A stretch of 64,000 nt of DNA from Dehalococcoidia bacterium (GCA_963662435.1 OY759598.1:3442507-3506506), one strand, 5' to 3'. Positions 52,561-62,125 are shown, counted from the stretch's first letter. Notes: generated from the letters alone by a model not told the origin. Translations and numbers: made by a program.

Positions 52561-53598
52561 CTATCTTCCCTCAGCAGCACCATTCCCCCTGCTCTTCCTC
52601 CGCGACCGGGTGAGATTCCACGCCAAGAACACCAACCCCCCAATCACGATGATGCTCAGGTACGTGATCGAGCGGTCGACCAGCGCCACCGATACCGCGT
52701 CATGCCTTGCCATGCCCAGCACCAGCAGACCGGTCACACCAGGCTCAACGGCGCCGACCCCACCCGGCGTCGGCACCGTACTCAACAGGGCGTGACCGAG
52801 CGCGGCAATAATGATCAGGGCCAGTGGTATATCGAAATCGAGCGCCTGAACAACGAAGTAGAGCCTCCCGACCTCCAGTATCCAACCAATGAAACTGAGC
52901 AAGAACGGCACTCGCAGCTCTCCGAAGCTGCCGAGCGCCCCTTCATGAAATCGACGGTACGCGCGTTCCAGCCTGTCGGGCAGAAACCGTGCCAATCGCT
53001 GGCCATACCCGCGCATCACGACGAGGACCCCAATGAGCGCCAGGGCCATAACAAACGCCGCGCCGACCACGTAGACCGTCCCCGAAAAGTCCGCCGTCAG
53101 CGAAAACGCCAAAGCACCCACAACGATCAATACGAACACGGCCACCATGTCCATGACCCGCTCTCCAAAGATCGTGCCGAGGCTCCAGGAGAATCCCGTC
53201 TTGGCCTCGTCGGAAAGCGCGTAGGCCCGGTAGGCGTCACCCAATCTCAGCCATGCCACCGAGTTGACGAACCACCCGATGACGATTAGCTGAGAGTAGC
53301 GCCAGGCCGATGGAGTCCGCGAGTTTGGAATCTCTTCTATGCCCGCACTGCGTGAGAGAATCCGCCACCGAAAACCACGGAAAACGAAGCTGAGGTAGTA
53401 CAGGAGCAGGGCCAACACGTAGAGCACAGGATCGAGTGCCCTGATGTTGTTCCACGTCTGCTCCCAGTCCAGGTCGAACCGAACAGCCAGGAAGTAGAGA
53501 AACGCGACCGCTACAACTAGAGAGAGGAGAGTATACGGAGAGAGAACCCGCTGCCGGAGCGAGACCGACGGTGAATTGTCGCCGCTATCTCGGGGCAT
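52561..53598 (-). CDS. Lysylphosphatidylglycerol synthase TM / UPF0104 flippase-like protein
   Basis: RGFRWRIL, RLGD..R, ERVMD and PTPGGVGAVE motifs. Confidence 0.88.
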   Translation of the reverse strand: MPRDSGDNSPSVSLRQRVLSPYTLLSLVVAVAFLYFLAVRFDLDWEQTWNNIRALDPVLYVLALLLYYLSFVFRGFRWRILSRSAGIEEIPNSRTPSAWRYSQLIVIGWFVNSVAWLRLGDAYRAYALSDEAKTGFSWSLGTIFGERVMDMVAVFVLIVVGALAFSLTADFSGTVYVVGAAFVMALALIGVLVVMRGYGQRLARFLPDRLERAYRRFHEGALGSFGELRVPFLLSFIGWILEVGRLYFVVQALDFDIPLALIIIAALGHALLSTVPTPGGVGAVEPGVTGLLVLGMARHDAVSVALVDRSITYLSIIVIGGLVFLAWNLTRSRRKSRGNGAAEGR

Positions 53599-53722
53599 GA
53601 TCGTACGTCGCCTGCGTAGTAATGCCCCTTGCATGGGTCACTGCAATAAGTCTCTCCCCCGCCGGGGGAGAGATACAGAGAGGGGGGCGTGAGCGATTCA
53701 TTGAGCGTATGATTGACGGTAG

Positions 53723-54436
53723 CTATAGGGGGCGCTTGGAGGGTATGCCCGGCCGTCGTGGATAGTTAGCAGGCGTGGGACGTTGTTTTTCGATAGTGAC
53801 GAGCGTCCCCACTCCGACCGGTGGCGCCACCAGCATATCACTTTCATCGGCCCTGCCGCCCATAGTCTCGATGGCCCTCCTTGCTTTCCCATACTCTTCC
53901 TCTACTTGCGGACCCTTTTGCGCGACCATCACACCGCCCACGGCGCAAAACGGCAGGCACAGTTCAGCTAGGACGTCCAATCGAGCCACTGCCCGTGAGA
54001 CCACCGCCCCGAACTGCTCCCGCATCTCCGGCCTGTGAGCCACCTCTTCCGCCCGACCCGTCACAACCTCTACTCCCTCAAGTCCGAGCTTGTCCACAAC
54101 GCCGTTAAGAAATGCAGTCTTCTTGCCCGTAGATTCCAGCAGCGTCAGGTCGATTCGAGGGTAAGCGATCTTGAGCGGCAGGCCCGGAAATCCTGCTCCT
54201 GTACCCACGTCCAGTACTTTAGCGCTCCCGTCGAGAACAGCATCCGACAGCGCCGAAACCACACCCAGCGAGTCAAGGAAGTGCCGCCTTTGCACTTCCT
54301 CCCGGCGGGTAACCGCCGTCAAGTTGACATTCTCATTCCAAGCAATCAGCTCGTCATAGTACGTCCTGAACTGCTCGACCTGCTCTCCGCCCAGATCAAT
54401 CCCCAGCCGAGCCGCCCCCTCGATCAATACCTCCAT
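53723..54436 (-). CDS. rsmG: 16S rRNA m7G527 methyltransferase
   Basis: WNENVNLTA, HFLDSL, DVGTGAGFPG, SRAVA and YPRRPG motifs. Confidence 0.95.
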   Translation of the reverse strand: MEVLIEGAARLGIDLGGEQVEQFRTYYDELIAWNENVNLTAVTRREEVQRRHFLDSLGVVSALSDAVLDGSAKVLDVGTGAGFPGLPLKIAYPRIDLTLLESTGKKTAFLNGVVDKLGLEGVEVVTGRAEEVAHRPEMREQFGAVVSRAVARLDVLAELCLPFCAVGGVMVAQKGPQVEEEYGKARRAIETMGGRADESDMLVAPPVGVGTLVTIEKQRPTPANYPRRPGIPSKRPL

Positions 54437-54580
54437 CCAACCATTCTCCTCACCGACCTGTGACCGGTCGCGTGTGATTCTAGCACCGAATACGCGATAG
54501 CTCCCGTCCACTTCCCGCATAGAGACCGCCGCCGCTTGACAAACCCCTCATACCCGCATAAACTCCCCCAAAATCAATAG

Positions 54581-54670
54581 ACCCGGGGGGAGCTTGGGCA
54601 GGCCAGGCTGAGAGGTTCCGACGAGCGGGACGACCCCACGACCTGATCTGGGTAATGCCAGCGAAGGGAT
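54581..54670 (+). ncRNA. TPP riboswitch
   Basis: GGGGAGC...GCTGAGAG...ACCC...ACCTGATCTGGGTAATGCCAGCGAAGGGA; promoter TTGACA(54536)-17 bp-TAAACT upstream. Confidence 0.92.
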
Positions 54671-54692
54671 GCGGTACCGTCCATCATTCCTA

Positions 54693-54719
54693 AAGGCCAC
54701 CCGATCAGAGGGTGGCCTT
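54693..54719 (+). terminator. Hairpin in the riboswitch expression platform
   Basis: AAGGCCACCC...GGGTGGCCTT stem with a weak U-tract. Confidence 0.5.
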
Positions 54720-54743
54720 CCTGGTTAACCGTCCTGATGGAGG

Positions 54744-56222
54744 ATGACAATGCTGGACGCCGGACTCGCTGTACCCATCGCCGTTATCACCGCAGTCGTT
54801 TTCGTCGTCGCCGGAGTCTTGTACGCCCGGCGGGGGAGTGGGGGAGTCGAGGACTACCTTGTCGCTCGCAACAGCGCCGGCAGCACGTTGGCAACCGCGA
54901 CCCTCGTCGCCTCCGTTGCTGGAGCATGGATTCTGTTCAGTCCCGCCGAAGCGGGCACTTGGGCGGGCATAGCCGCCATCGTCGGATACGGTATCGGTCA
55001 GGCCGCGCCCCTCATTGCGTTTATTTGGCTCGGCCCCAAAATGCGGAGCGTCATGCCGGAAGGCCACTCGCTGACCGAGTTCGTCTGGTACCGCTACGGG
55101 CCTGCCATGTACGTCTTCACCCTCGGCGTAATCATCTTCTACATGTTCGTGTTCCTGTCGGCGGAGCTCACCGGCATCTCCCTTGCCCTCAACCTCCTCG
55201 CCGACGTTCCCCTGTTGCTGACCGCGCTCATCGTGGGCCTCCTCACCGTCGGATACACGGCCTACGGAGGCATCCGCGCTTCCATATTCACGGATGGGAT
55301 CCAGTTCGTCTTGGTCATCCCGCTCCTGCTTATCACATTTGTGGCCCTCGTTGTTGCAGTAGACGGATTCGGCACCGTGTTCGAGCCGGTCAACGAGACA
55401 GCGCCACACCTCTTGTCCTTCACCAACAAGTCCGGCATCGACTTTGGCCTCACGTTGATAATCGCTATCCTCGCCGCCAACTTGTTCCATCAGGGGTTCT
55501 GGCAGCGTGTCTACACCAGCAAGGACGATCGGACCCTCCGCAGGGGATTCGCCGCGGCGGGAGTGGTGGTCATCCCCATGATAATCATCGGCGGACTCGC
55601 CGGAATCATGACCGTCGGGAAGGGCCTCGTCGGAGACAATGCCTCGGTAGCCATGTTCTCCCTGATTGTCGGCGTGTTGCCCACTTGGGCGGTTATCGTC
55701 GTCCTCGTCTTGGCCCTCGTCCTCGTGATGAGCAGCCTCGACACACTCCTCAACGGCATCGCCAGTGTCGTCACGACCGACCTTGCGCGGTTCAAGCCCG
55801 ACCTTAAGGGAGCAGCAGTACTGAGTTCCTCTCGCGCCATCACGGTTGTTCTCATCATCCCCGCGATACTCATCGCCTCGCAGGGATACAGCGTCCTCTA
55901 CCTGTTCCTCATAGCCGACATGGTCTGCGCCGCCGCCGTGTTCCCCGTCTTCTGGGGTCTCTATGCGCCGAGGTTCTCCGGAAGCGACGCCCTGACCGCC
56001 AGTGCGCTCGGGCTGGTCGCCGGAATTCTCTTCTTCCCCACCCCGGAGGCGCCCTATCTCACGGGTTGGATCATCACCATAGACTTTGCCAGTCAGCTCG
56101 TCGTTAGCTTCGCCGCCGCGCTCGGCGTGTCGGTCATCGTGAGCCTCGTCCTCACCGCTCTGCGCAACCAACCCGAATACGACTTCGCCCAGCTCCGCGA
56201 GCAAGTCCGGCTCATCGACTGA
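54744..56222 (+). CDS. Sodium:solute symporter-family transporter, probably for thiamine or a precursor
   Basis: About 13 TM segments; YTAYGGIRASIFTD and QGFWQRVY motifs; lies downstream of the TPP riboswitch. Confidence 0.88.
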   Translation: MTMLDAGLAVPIAVITAVVFVVAGVLYARRGSGGVEDYLVARNSAGSTLATATLVASVAGAWILFSPAEAGTWAGIAAIVGYGIGQAAPLIAFIWLGPKMRSVMPEGHSLTEFVWYRYGPAMYVFTLGVIIFYMFVFLSAELTGISLALNLLADVPLLLTALIVGLLTVGYTAYGGIRASIFTDGIQFVLVIPLLLITFVALVVAVDGFGTVFEPVNETAPHLLSFTNKSGIDFGLTLIIAILAANLFHQGFWQRVYTSKDDRTLRRGFAAAGVVVIPMIIIGGLAGIMTVGKGLVGDNASVAMFSLIVGVLPTWAVIVVLVLALVLVMSSLDTLLNGIASVVTTDLARFKPDLKGAAVLSSSRAITVVLIIPAILIASQGYSVLYLFLIADMVCAAAVFPVFWGLYAPRFSGSDALTASALGLVAGILFFPTPEAPYLTGWIITIDFASQLVVSFAAALGVSVIVSLVLTALRNQPEYDFAQLREQVRLID

Positions 56223-56289
56223 CGTGGCTTCGACTTTGAATATCGTAGATTATTGGTGTTCCTGCCTTTCGGAACACCAACAATCCCAT

Positions 56290-56318
56290 TTGACCCGAAA
56301 GAACACATGGTCTATCAT
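56290..56318 (+). promoter_or_regulatory. Sigma-70-type promoter with a LexA-like box and no obvious adjacent CDS
   Basis: TTGACC-17 bp-TATCAT with GAAC-ACAT-GGTC in the spacer. Confidence 0.5.
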
Positions 56319-56738
56319 GACTTCGTGGCACTAATGCCCAAATTCGATCGCTGAAAACTAGTGGGTCAACATCTCAGAATTGAAGGGTCACGAGACTATG
56401 ACCCTGTCGTTGTAATACGCAAATCCAGCCCCTGATGTTACCCGTCATTTCAAAGATTTCGGTCCACTAGGTTGTGGTGACATTCTGTCATTCTGAACGC
56501 AGCGGAGCGAAGTGAAGAATCCAAAATCATCGCACAGGCACAGATCTCAAATTCCGAGCGAAGCGAGAGGAATGACAGGGAAAAGCGGAATGACGGGGAA
56601 AATGTCAACACAGACTAACCACATGGACTCCGAAGACAACATCTACCTTATAGCCAACGAGCTGTGCAGCATCGCCGACTTGGGACTCACACTCCGTCCG
56701 AGTGCTGGACTTGACCTGCATACTCAAAGTAGATCCTG

Positions 56739-56789
56739 TTGACATCCACTCGCTAATGCTCTACATTGCTATTGCAACCAATTGCAATA
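56739..56789 (+). promoter_or_regulatory. Promoter plus palindromic operator for the Fur-family gene
   Basis: TTGACA-17 bp-TACATT followed by TATTGCAA-CCAA-TTGCAATA at 56770-56789. Confidence 0.7.
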
Positions 56790-56792
56790 AGC

Positions 56793-57248
56793 ATGAGCTG
56801 CGAAGATCATTCCGTCCAGACGCTCCGTGACTCCGGGCACCGGCTGACACCTCAGCGGGTGCTCATCCTCTCGTCGCTACGCCATGCCAATGGGCATGTC
56901 ACCGCGTCGGAGATACTGGACCTGGTCCGAGAGTCATACCCGTACTTAGACGCGTCGACCGTATACCGGACGTTGAGTGTCCTAAAGAAGCTGCGTCTGA
57001 TATCGGAGACCGATGTGGGCGCGGGCGAAACGATCTACGAGTGGCTCCACCAAGACCGTCACCATCACTTGATCTGTCGGGGATGTGACCGACTCGTAAG
57101 GCTCGACCACCAGTACATGGTGAACCTGGGAACGGAGATACTCGACGACTACGGCTTCAAGGCCGATGTCGACCACATCGCCATATTCGGACTGTGCGCC
57201 GACTGCATTTCCGAACCGCAAGTGAACGGAACAACGAACGGGGAATGA
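56793..57248 (+). CDS. Fur-family metal-responsive regulator
   Basis: RLTPQR, STVYRTL, HHHLICRGC and GLCADC motifs. Confidence 0.93.
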   Translation: MSCEDHSVQTLRDSGHRLTPQRVLILSSLRHANGHVTASEILDLVRESYPYLDASTVYRTLSVLKKLRLISETDVGAGETIYEWLHQDRHHHLICRGCDRLVRLDHQYMVNLGTEILDDYGFKADVDHIAIFGLCADCISEPQVNGTTNGE

Positions 57249-57257
57249 GGTAAAGGA

Positions 57258-58022
57258 ATGGATATCGAAACCGGAGTGTTGGCAGTGCTCATTCTGGGGT
57301 TCCTCCTGGGACTCAAGCACGCCACCGATGCGGACCACGTAGTTGCAGTCTCAACGATCGTGACGGAGCAGCGCAACATCTGGCGAGGACTGTGGATCGG
57401 GGCCTCGTGGGGAGCCGGCCACTCTACGCCCCTCCTCATTTTGGGCCTGATAATCCTCCTCCTGAAGGACTACGTGCTCGATCAGTATGAGGCCGTCGCC
57501 CCGTTCTTGGAGTTCGGCGTGGGCATCATGCTGGTGTATCTCGGAGCGAGCGTCGTCTGGAACATCTGGCGGGGCAAGGTCCACATCCACCAGCACACGC
57601 ATGACGCTCCGCACGTCCACATCCACGCATCGCACGAGGCTCGATCCGGACAAGGTTCGGTGCATGACTCCCCCTCTGATGGTCACAACAGTTTCTACGC
57701 TTTCGGCAAGCCAGTCTTCAGGGTAAAGTCTTACGTCATCGGCATAGTCCACGGACTGGCAGGCAGCGCGGCAGTCATGCTTGCCCTGCTCCCGACAATC
57801 GACTCGTTCCTGACGGGCGTCGGCTACCTCGTCCTCTTCAGCGTCGGCACGATGCTTTCAATGGCACTCGTCACCGTCGTCTTGGCGGTGCCGTTCGTCG
57901 CGACCGGCGGGAACGCATTGCTGAACCGTTCGGTGGGAGTCGTAGCAGGGATATTTAGCGCCGTTATCGGCTTCGCCGTGATGTCGGAGATCGTTCTCGA
58001 CGTCACCATAATTCCCTTCTAG
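57258..58022 (+). CDS. Nickel/cobalt transporter (UreH/NiCoT-like)
   Basis: GLKHATDADHV, a His-rich loop and HGLAGSA. Confidence 0.88.
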   Translation: MDIETGVLAVLILGFLLGLKHATDADHVVAVSTIVTEQRNIWRGLWIGASWGAGHSTPLLILGLIILLLKDYVLDQYEAVAPFLEFGVGIMLVYLGASVVWNIWRGKVHIHQHTHDAPHVHIHASHEARSGQGSVHDSPSDGHNSFYAFGKPVFRVKSYVIGIVHGLAGSAAVMLALLPTIDSFLTGVGYLVLFSVGTMLSMALVTVVLAVPFVATGGNALLNRSVGVVAGIFSAVIGFAVMSEIVLDVTIIPF

Positions 58023-58088
58023 CGCCCGCGACTTTGCCGGCTCGGACGTGTGGTATGCTTGCCCACCAACACGGTTGAGGAGTCAGCC

Positions 58089-58907
58089 ATGCCTACCGAA
58101 CGTCAGAAAGCGCACTACGAGGCCTTCGGGTTCCTCTTCCAACGGGAATTGTTCTCCGCAGACGAGATGTCCGCCATCGCCGAGGAGGCCGACAGGCTCT
58201 GGCAGGAGGAGTCCCGGCAGCCAGGGTTCGAACTCTCCGATCAGGGCAGCCAGCACTCGTCGTCATTCGTCGAAAGGTCTCCGCTCCTGTCGCCCATCGT
58301 AGAGGACGACCGGATCTACCTGACGGCCCAGGGGCTTATAGGGGAGGGCATGGTCTGGGCGACCTCCGAAGGGAACATCACCGGCTACGGATCGGCCCCA
58401 TGGCACCCCGACCGCCGGAACATGACGCCTGGCGACCTGGATTACCCACGCCTCAAGGTCATGCTGTACCTCGACGAGGTCTCAGCGGAAAACGGCGCAC
58501 TGCGGGTGATACCCGGCTCCCACAAGAACCCGTTCCACGACTCGCTGTATCCCATGCTCAGAAAACAGGACGACGGTATGGACTGGGATGTGATCGAGGA
58601 GGCGGAGGATCCCGCCGATATGCCCTATGGCGTCGCGGGTGAACGGATGCCGTGCCACATCGTCGAGTCGAAACCGGGCGACGTGCTCTTCTCTAACCAA
58701 TGCCTGTGGCATGCGGCGTACAACGCCTACGCCGGTCGCCGCTACATCGCGATGAAGTTCGCCGGCAATCCGACGACGGATGGGCACCTCGCAACTCTGC
58801 GGTGGTACAGCGGGAACGCGTTCACGCCTCACGAGTCCTTCCTGAACAGCGACAGCGAACGGCTGCGCGGCCTCGTCACGCGCATGGCGGAGCTGGGCAG
58901 CGGCTAG
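58089..58907 (+). CDS. Phytanoyl-CoA dioxygenase (PhyH)-family protein
   Basis: WHPD, NGALRVIPGSH and PGDVLF...LWH motifs. Confidence 0.9.
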   Translation: MPTERQKAHYEAFGFLFQRELFSADEMSAIAEEADRLWQEESRQPGFELSDQGSQHSSSFVERSPLLSPIVEDDRIYLTAQGLIGEGMVWATSEGNITGYGSAPWHPDRRNMTPGDLDYPRLKVMLYLDEVSAENGALRVIPGSHKNPFHDSLYPMLRKQDDGMDWDVIEEAEDPADMPYGVAGERMPCHIVESKPGDVLFSNQCLWHAAYNAYAGRRYIAMKFAGNPTTDGHLATLRWYSGNAFTPHESFLNSDSERLRGLVTRMAELGSG

Positions 58908-59575
58908 ATCCGCAGTCCTTCCAGGCCGATCTCGCCCCTGGAAATCCGTTCCAGTACTTCGACGTAGTGATCCCGCTCCGCGGTTTGGACGCGGTCGCGC
59001 AGGGTCTCGAGTGTGTCCCCTTCCTCCACGGGGACCTCGACCTGCGATAGTACCGGGCCGGTGTCGTAGTCGCCCTCGACCAGGTGGACGGTCGCGCCGG
59101 AGACCTTGTCGCCTGCCGCTAGTACGGCCTCGTGTACCCTGTCGCCATACATGCCTTGGCCTCCGAACTTGGGCAGCAGGGCAGGGTGGGTGTTGACCAA
59201 GCGGCCCCTGTAGCGCGATAGCACGAGCGGTCCGAGTCGCTTCATGTATCCGGCAAGCGCCACGATGTCAACGTCACGTTCGGTCAGTCGCTCCAGCACT
59301 GCCGAGTCAAGGTCGCAGGGGTCTGGGTGCGTTGCACCGCTGAGGTGGTATGCAGGGATCCCATGACTCCTGGCGCGCTCCAGTGCCCCGGAACGCGAGT
59401 TGTTGCTGATCACCACGCGCACTTCCGCATGGAGGCGACCGTCGTCGCAGGCGTCGATGATTGCCTGCATGGTCGTGCCGGCGTGTGAGGCAAGGATGCC
59501 GAGGCGAAGGCCCCCCTCGCTGTATCTCTCCCCCGACGGGGGTGAGATTGCGGGGTCCCGCTGCTCGCTCGACAC
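58904..59575 (-). CDS. purN: Phosphoribosylglycinamide formyltransferase
   Basis: LAGYM, NTHPALLP.FGG.GMYG and ATVH.V...YDTG motifs. Confidence 0.93.
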   Translation of the reverse strand: MSSEQRDPAISPPSGERYSEGGLRLGILASHAGTTMQAIIDACDDGRLHAEVRVVISNNSRSGALERARSHGIPAYHLSGATHPDPCDLDSAVLERLTERDVDIVALAGYMKRLGPLVLSRYRGRLVNTHPALLPKFGGQGMYGDRVHEAVLAAGDKVSGATVHLVEGDYDTGPVLSQVEVPVEEGDTLETLRDRVQTAERDHYVEVLERISRGEIGLEGLRI

Positions 59576-59580
59576 GTCCC

Positions 59581-60738
59581 TCAGTCCTTCTTTTGGGCGG
59601 CGAGCTGCTCCATGTAGACCTCGTCGCCCATCAGGGTCTTCTTGTAGAACCAGCGCGACTTCTGGGGGAGCATCGAGATAGTGCGGTCCTCCGTCGGGAA
59701 CGGTGTGGGTGCATGGCCGTTTCGAGCGGACTCCCTCAGGGCAACGGAGAGTTCAAGTGCCTGACGCATGTCATCGCCTGTGGTGGCGCCTATGGGAGCG
59801 CCGGTCTCGAGGTTCTCCACCATCTCATCGACGATTCCGAGCATCACATTGCCGGGGTATCGCCAGCCGTCCTCGTCATAATCTCGTTCGCGTATGGAAT
59901 CGCGCGGGAGAAAGATGCCCTGCACGTCCATGAACTCCTCCCATACAGGGAGGCGATCCGACGACTCCGCTTTCACGAGGTGAAGGCCCGGCCCGGTGTT
60001 GTTCCAGTTGAAGATGGCACCGTGAGTGCCCATGATCTCGATCCCGCGCCAGTGGTGGTTGGGCAGACGGTAGTTGCTGAATACCTCGACCTCGTTGTCG
60101 AAGCGAATGTATCCCCCCAGGGCACCGTAGCCCGGTGTTCCGTCCTCATGTTCGTCCTCGGCCTCGGCGAGGGGGTCTCCTGAGACCCATCCGATGGCGA
60201 GGCCGCCGTTCCGTCTGCCGGCGAAGCGGCGGGCGAGGTTAAGGCCATGGGTGCCCATCTGGTTATTGTTCTCATACAGGTTGATCCGCACGATCTCGCC
60301 GATCTCTCCGTCAGCCACGAGTTGGTAGGCCTTCTGGTAGTCGGGCGAGCTGGACACGACAACTCCGCAGATGAGGGGGATTTCCCGCGACGAGGTCTCC
60401 TCGACCATGCGGTCGGCGTCCTCCAGACTCCCCGTCAGCGGTTTTTCGCAGAAGATGGTCTTGACGCCCGACTTCGCAAGGGCGACCACGGCGTCCGCGT
60501 TTGGTCGCACGGGCAGGACGGCCATGCCAATGTCGAGCTCATGGTTCTCCAGCATCTCGTCCCATGTTTCGTATCCCGGCACACCGAAGCGTTCCGCTGC
60601 GAGATCGAGGTTGGCCCTGTCGGTGTCTGCGATGGCAACGACTTCGCACAGCGGGTGCATGTCGAAGGCCCGGGCTCTGGGCACGCCCGCCCGTCCGGCC
60701 CCAATCAGTCCGACCTTGTACTTCGCTTCGTCGGTCAC
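59581..60738 (-). CDS. Gfo/Idh/MocA oxidoreductase
   Basis: VGLIGAG, CEKPL and GEIGEI motifs; GTG start after GGAGG. Confidence 0.9.
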   Translation of the reverse strand: MTDEAKYKVGLIGAGRAGVPRARAFDMHPLCEVVAIADTDRANLDLAAERFGVPGYETWDEMLENHELDIGMAVLPVRPNADAVVALAKSGVKTIFCEKPLTGSLEDADRMVEETSSREIPLICGVVVSSSPDYQKAYQLVADGEIGEIVRINLYENNNQMGTHGLNLARRFAGRRNGGLAIGWVSGDPLAEAEDEHEDGTPGYGALGGYIRFDNEVEVFSNYRLPNHHWRGIEIMGTHGAIFNWNNTGPGLHLVKAESSDRLPVWEEFMDVQGIFLPRDSIRERDYDEDGWRYPGNVMLGIVDEMVENLETGAPIGATTGDDMRQALELSVALRESARNGHAPTPFPTEDRTISMLPQKSRWFYKKTLMGDEVYMEQLAAQKKD

Positions 60739-60751
60739 GGTCTCGCCTCCT

Positions 60752-61843
60752 CTATTCAGGCTTCTGGGACATGAGGGCCGGCCAGTACCAGTCGGTCCTT
60801 CCCTCGACGCTCCTCTGGCCGAATGCCCTCGCAGGCGTGGGCAGGACACCCAAGGTGCGGTCCTCAATCGGCATATTGACCCTGGCGTAGCCGTTTCGAT
60901 GGGACTCGCGCATAGCGACGATGATTTCCAGCACCTTTCGCATGTTCTCGCCGCTGCATCTCGGCTCGACGCCCGCCTCCATCGTGTCGAGGAACGAGCG
61001 TGTGCTGTTGTCCTGACGGGTGGCCATGCTTATCCAGCCGTCCTCATCGAGTTCCGGGCCAAAGTGCTTGTTTTCAGGGTACGCGATGACCTCCTCGTCG
61101 CCTGATGCACCCCGCTTGAAGATGCGTGCCTGCTTCCAGTCGTACGACAGGTAGCCATCCTCGCAGATGACTTCCATTCCCCGAACGTCCCCCGCCCGCA
61201 TGTAGATGTATCCGTTGACGCCGTTTCGGAAGTGGATGCTACCGCCCATGCCCTGGTCGTTGTTGCTCCATGGGTCGATCTCGACCCAGCCGGTGAGCCA
61301 GTCCACCTCGGCGTCCCACGCGAACATCCGCATCACGCTGAGGAACTGGCAGCCGCCTCCCCATATCTCGCCCGTTCCGCCATACGTTCTGAACGACAGG
61401 ACATCGCCGATCTCGCCGGACTCGATGACGGCTCGCGCTTTCCAGAGTGAATCGTAGTTGCGCTCCGCGTCGCCCGACGCGAAGTGGACGCCGGCCGAAT
61501 CGCAGGCTTCGAGCATGCGGTCGGCCTCTTCGAGGGTGACGCACATGGGTTTCTCGCTGAAGATGCCCTTGACGCCAGCCTCGGCGGAAGCCATAACGAC
61601 CTCGGGGATGACTGTGGATGGGAGGATGGGCGCGGCTATATCGATCTGCTCGTTGGCGAGCATCTCGCGGTAGTCGGTGTACCCTCTATCCAGCCCAAAC
61701 CTTCGCCGGAAAAGATCGAGAACTTCAGGGTCCTTCTCCGCCACGGCGACGACCTCGGCGCGGGGGTCGAGCTGGTAGGCGCGGGCATGCTGCGTGCCCT
61801 TGAGGCCTGCACCGATGACTCCAACGCGGTATGGCGGTGTCAT
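60752..61843 (-). CDS. Gfo/Idh/MocA oxidoreductase
   Basis: VGVIGAG, SEKPM and GEIGDV motifs. Confidence 0.9.
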   Translation of the reverse strand: MTPPYRVGVIGAGLKGTQHARAYQLDPRAEVVAVAEKDPEVLDLFRRRFGLDRGYTDYREMLANEQIDIAAPILPSTVIPEVVMASAEAGVKGIFSEKPMCVTLEEADRMLEACDSAGVHFASGDAERNYDSLWKARAVIESGEIGDVLSFRTYGGTGEIWGGGCQFLSVMRMFAWDAEVDWLTGWVEIDPWSNNDQGMGGSIHFRNGVNGYIYMRAGDVRGMEVICEDGYLSYDWKQARIFKRGASGDEEVIAYPENKHFGPELDEDGWISMATRQDNSTRSFLDTMEAGVEPRCSGENMRKVLEIIVAMRESHRNGYARVNMPIEDRTLGVLPTPARAFGQRSVEGRTDWYWPALMSQKPE

Positions 61844-61886
61844 TTCGGTCTCCTCAAAACTTAAGTGTGCAGTTTAGTACCCGTCA

Positions 61887-61998
61887 GTTTATCGTGGTGG
61901 GCTTCAATTGAAACCCACCACTCCCTGCCTCGCCGTGCCATACCGGGCCAAGCCTTACCTTGCCGGGCCGTACCGTGCCCTGCCGTGCCGCGTCATGA
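61887..61998 (-). ncRNA. Putative guide-like RNA unit 2: (GGY-NN) x14 plus conserved 3' hairpin
   Basis: Pentamers at 61925-61994 (13/14 GGY); constant 38-nt tail at 61887-61924. Confidence 0.7.
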
Positions 61999-62012
61999 AT
62001 TACTTTAACATG

Positions 62013-62124
62013 GTTTATCGTGGTGGGCTTCAGAAGAAACCCACCACTCCACGCCCTGACCTGCCCCGCCTAGCCATGCCGGACCCTGCGTTGCCTAGCC
62101 GTGCCCTGCCGGGCCATGCCATGA
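62013..62124 (-). ncRNA. Putative guide-like RNA unit 1: (GGY-NN) x14 plus conserved 3' hairpin
   Basis: Pentamers at 62051-62120 (12/14 GGY); constant 38-nt tail at 62013-62050; begins just after the stop codon of the RAMP-like gene. Confidence 0.7.
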
Positions 62125-62125
62125 T

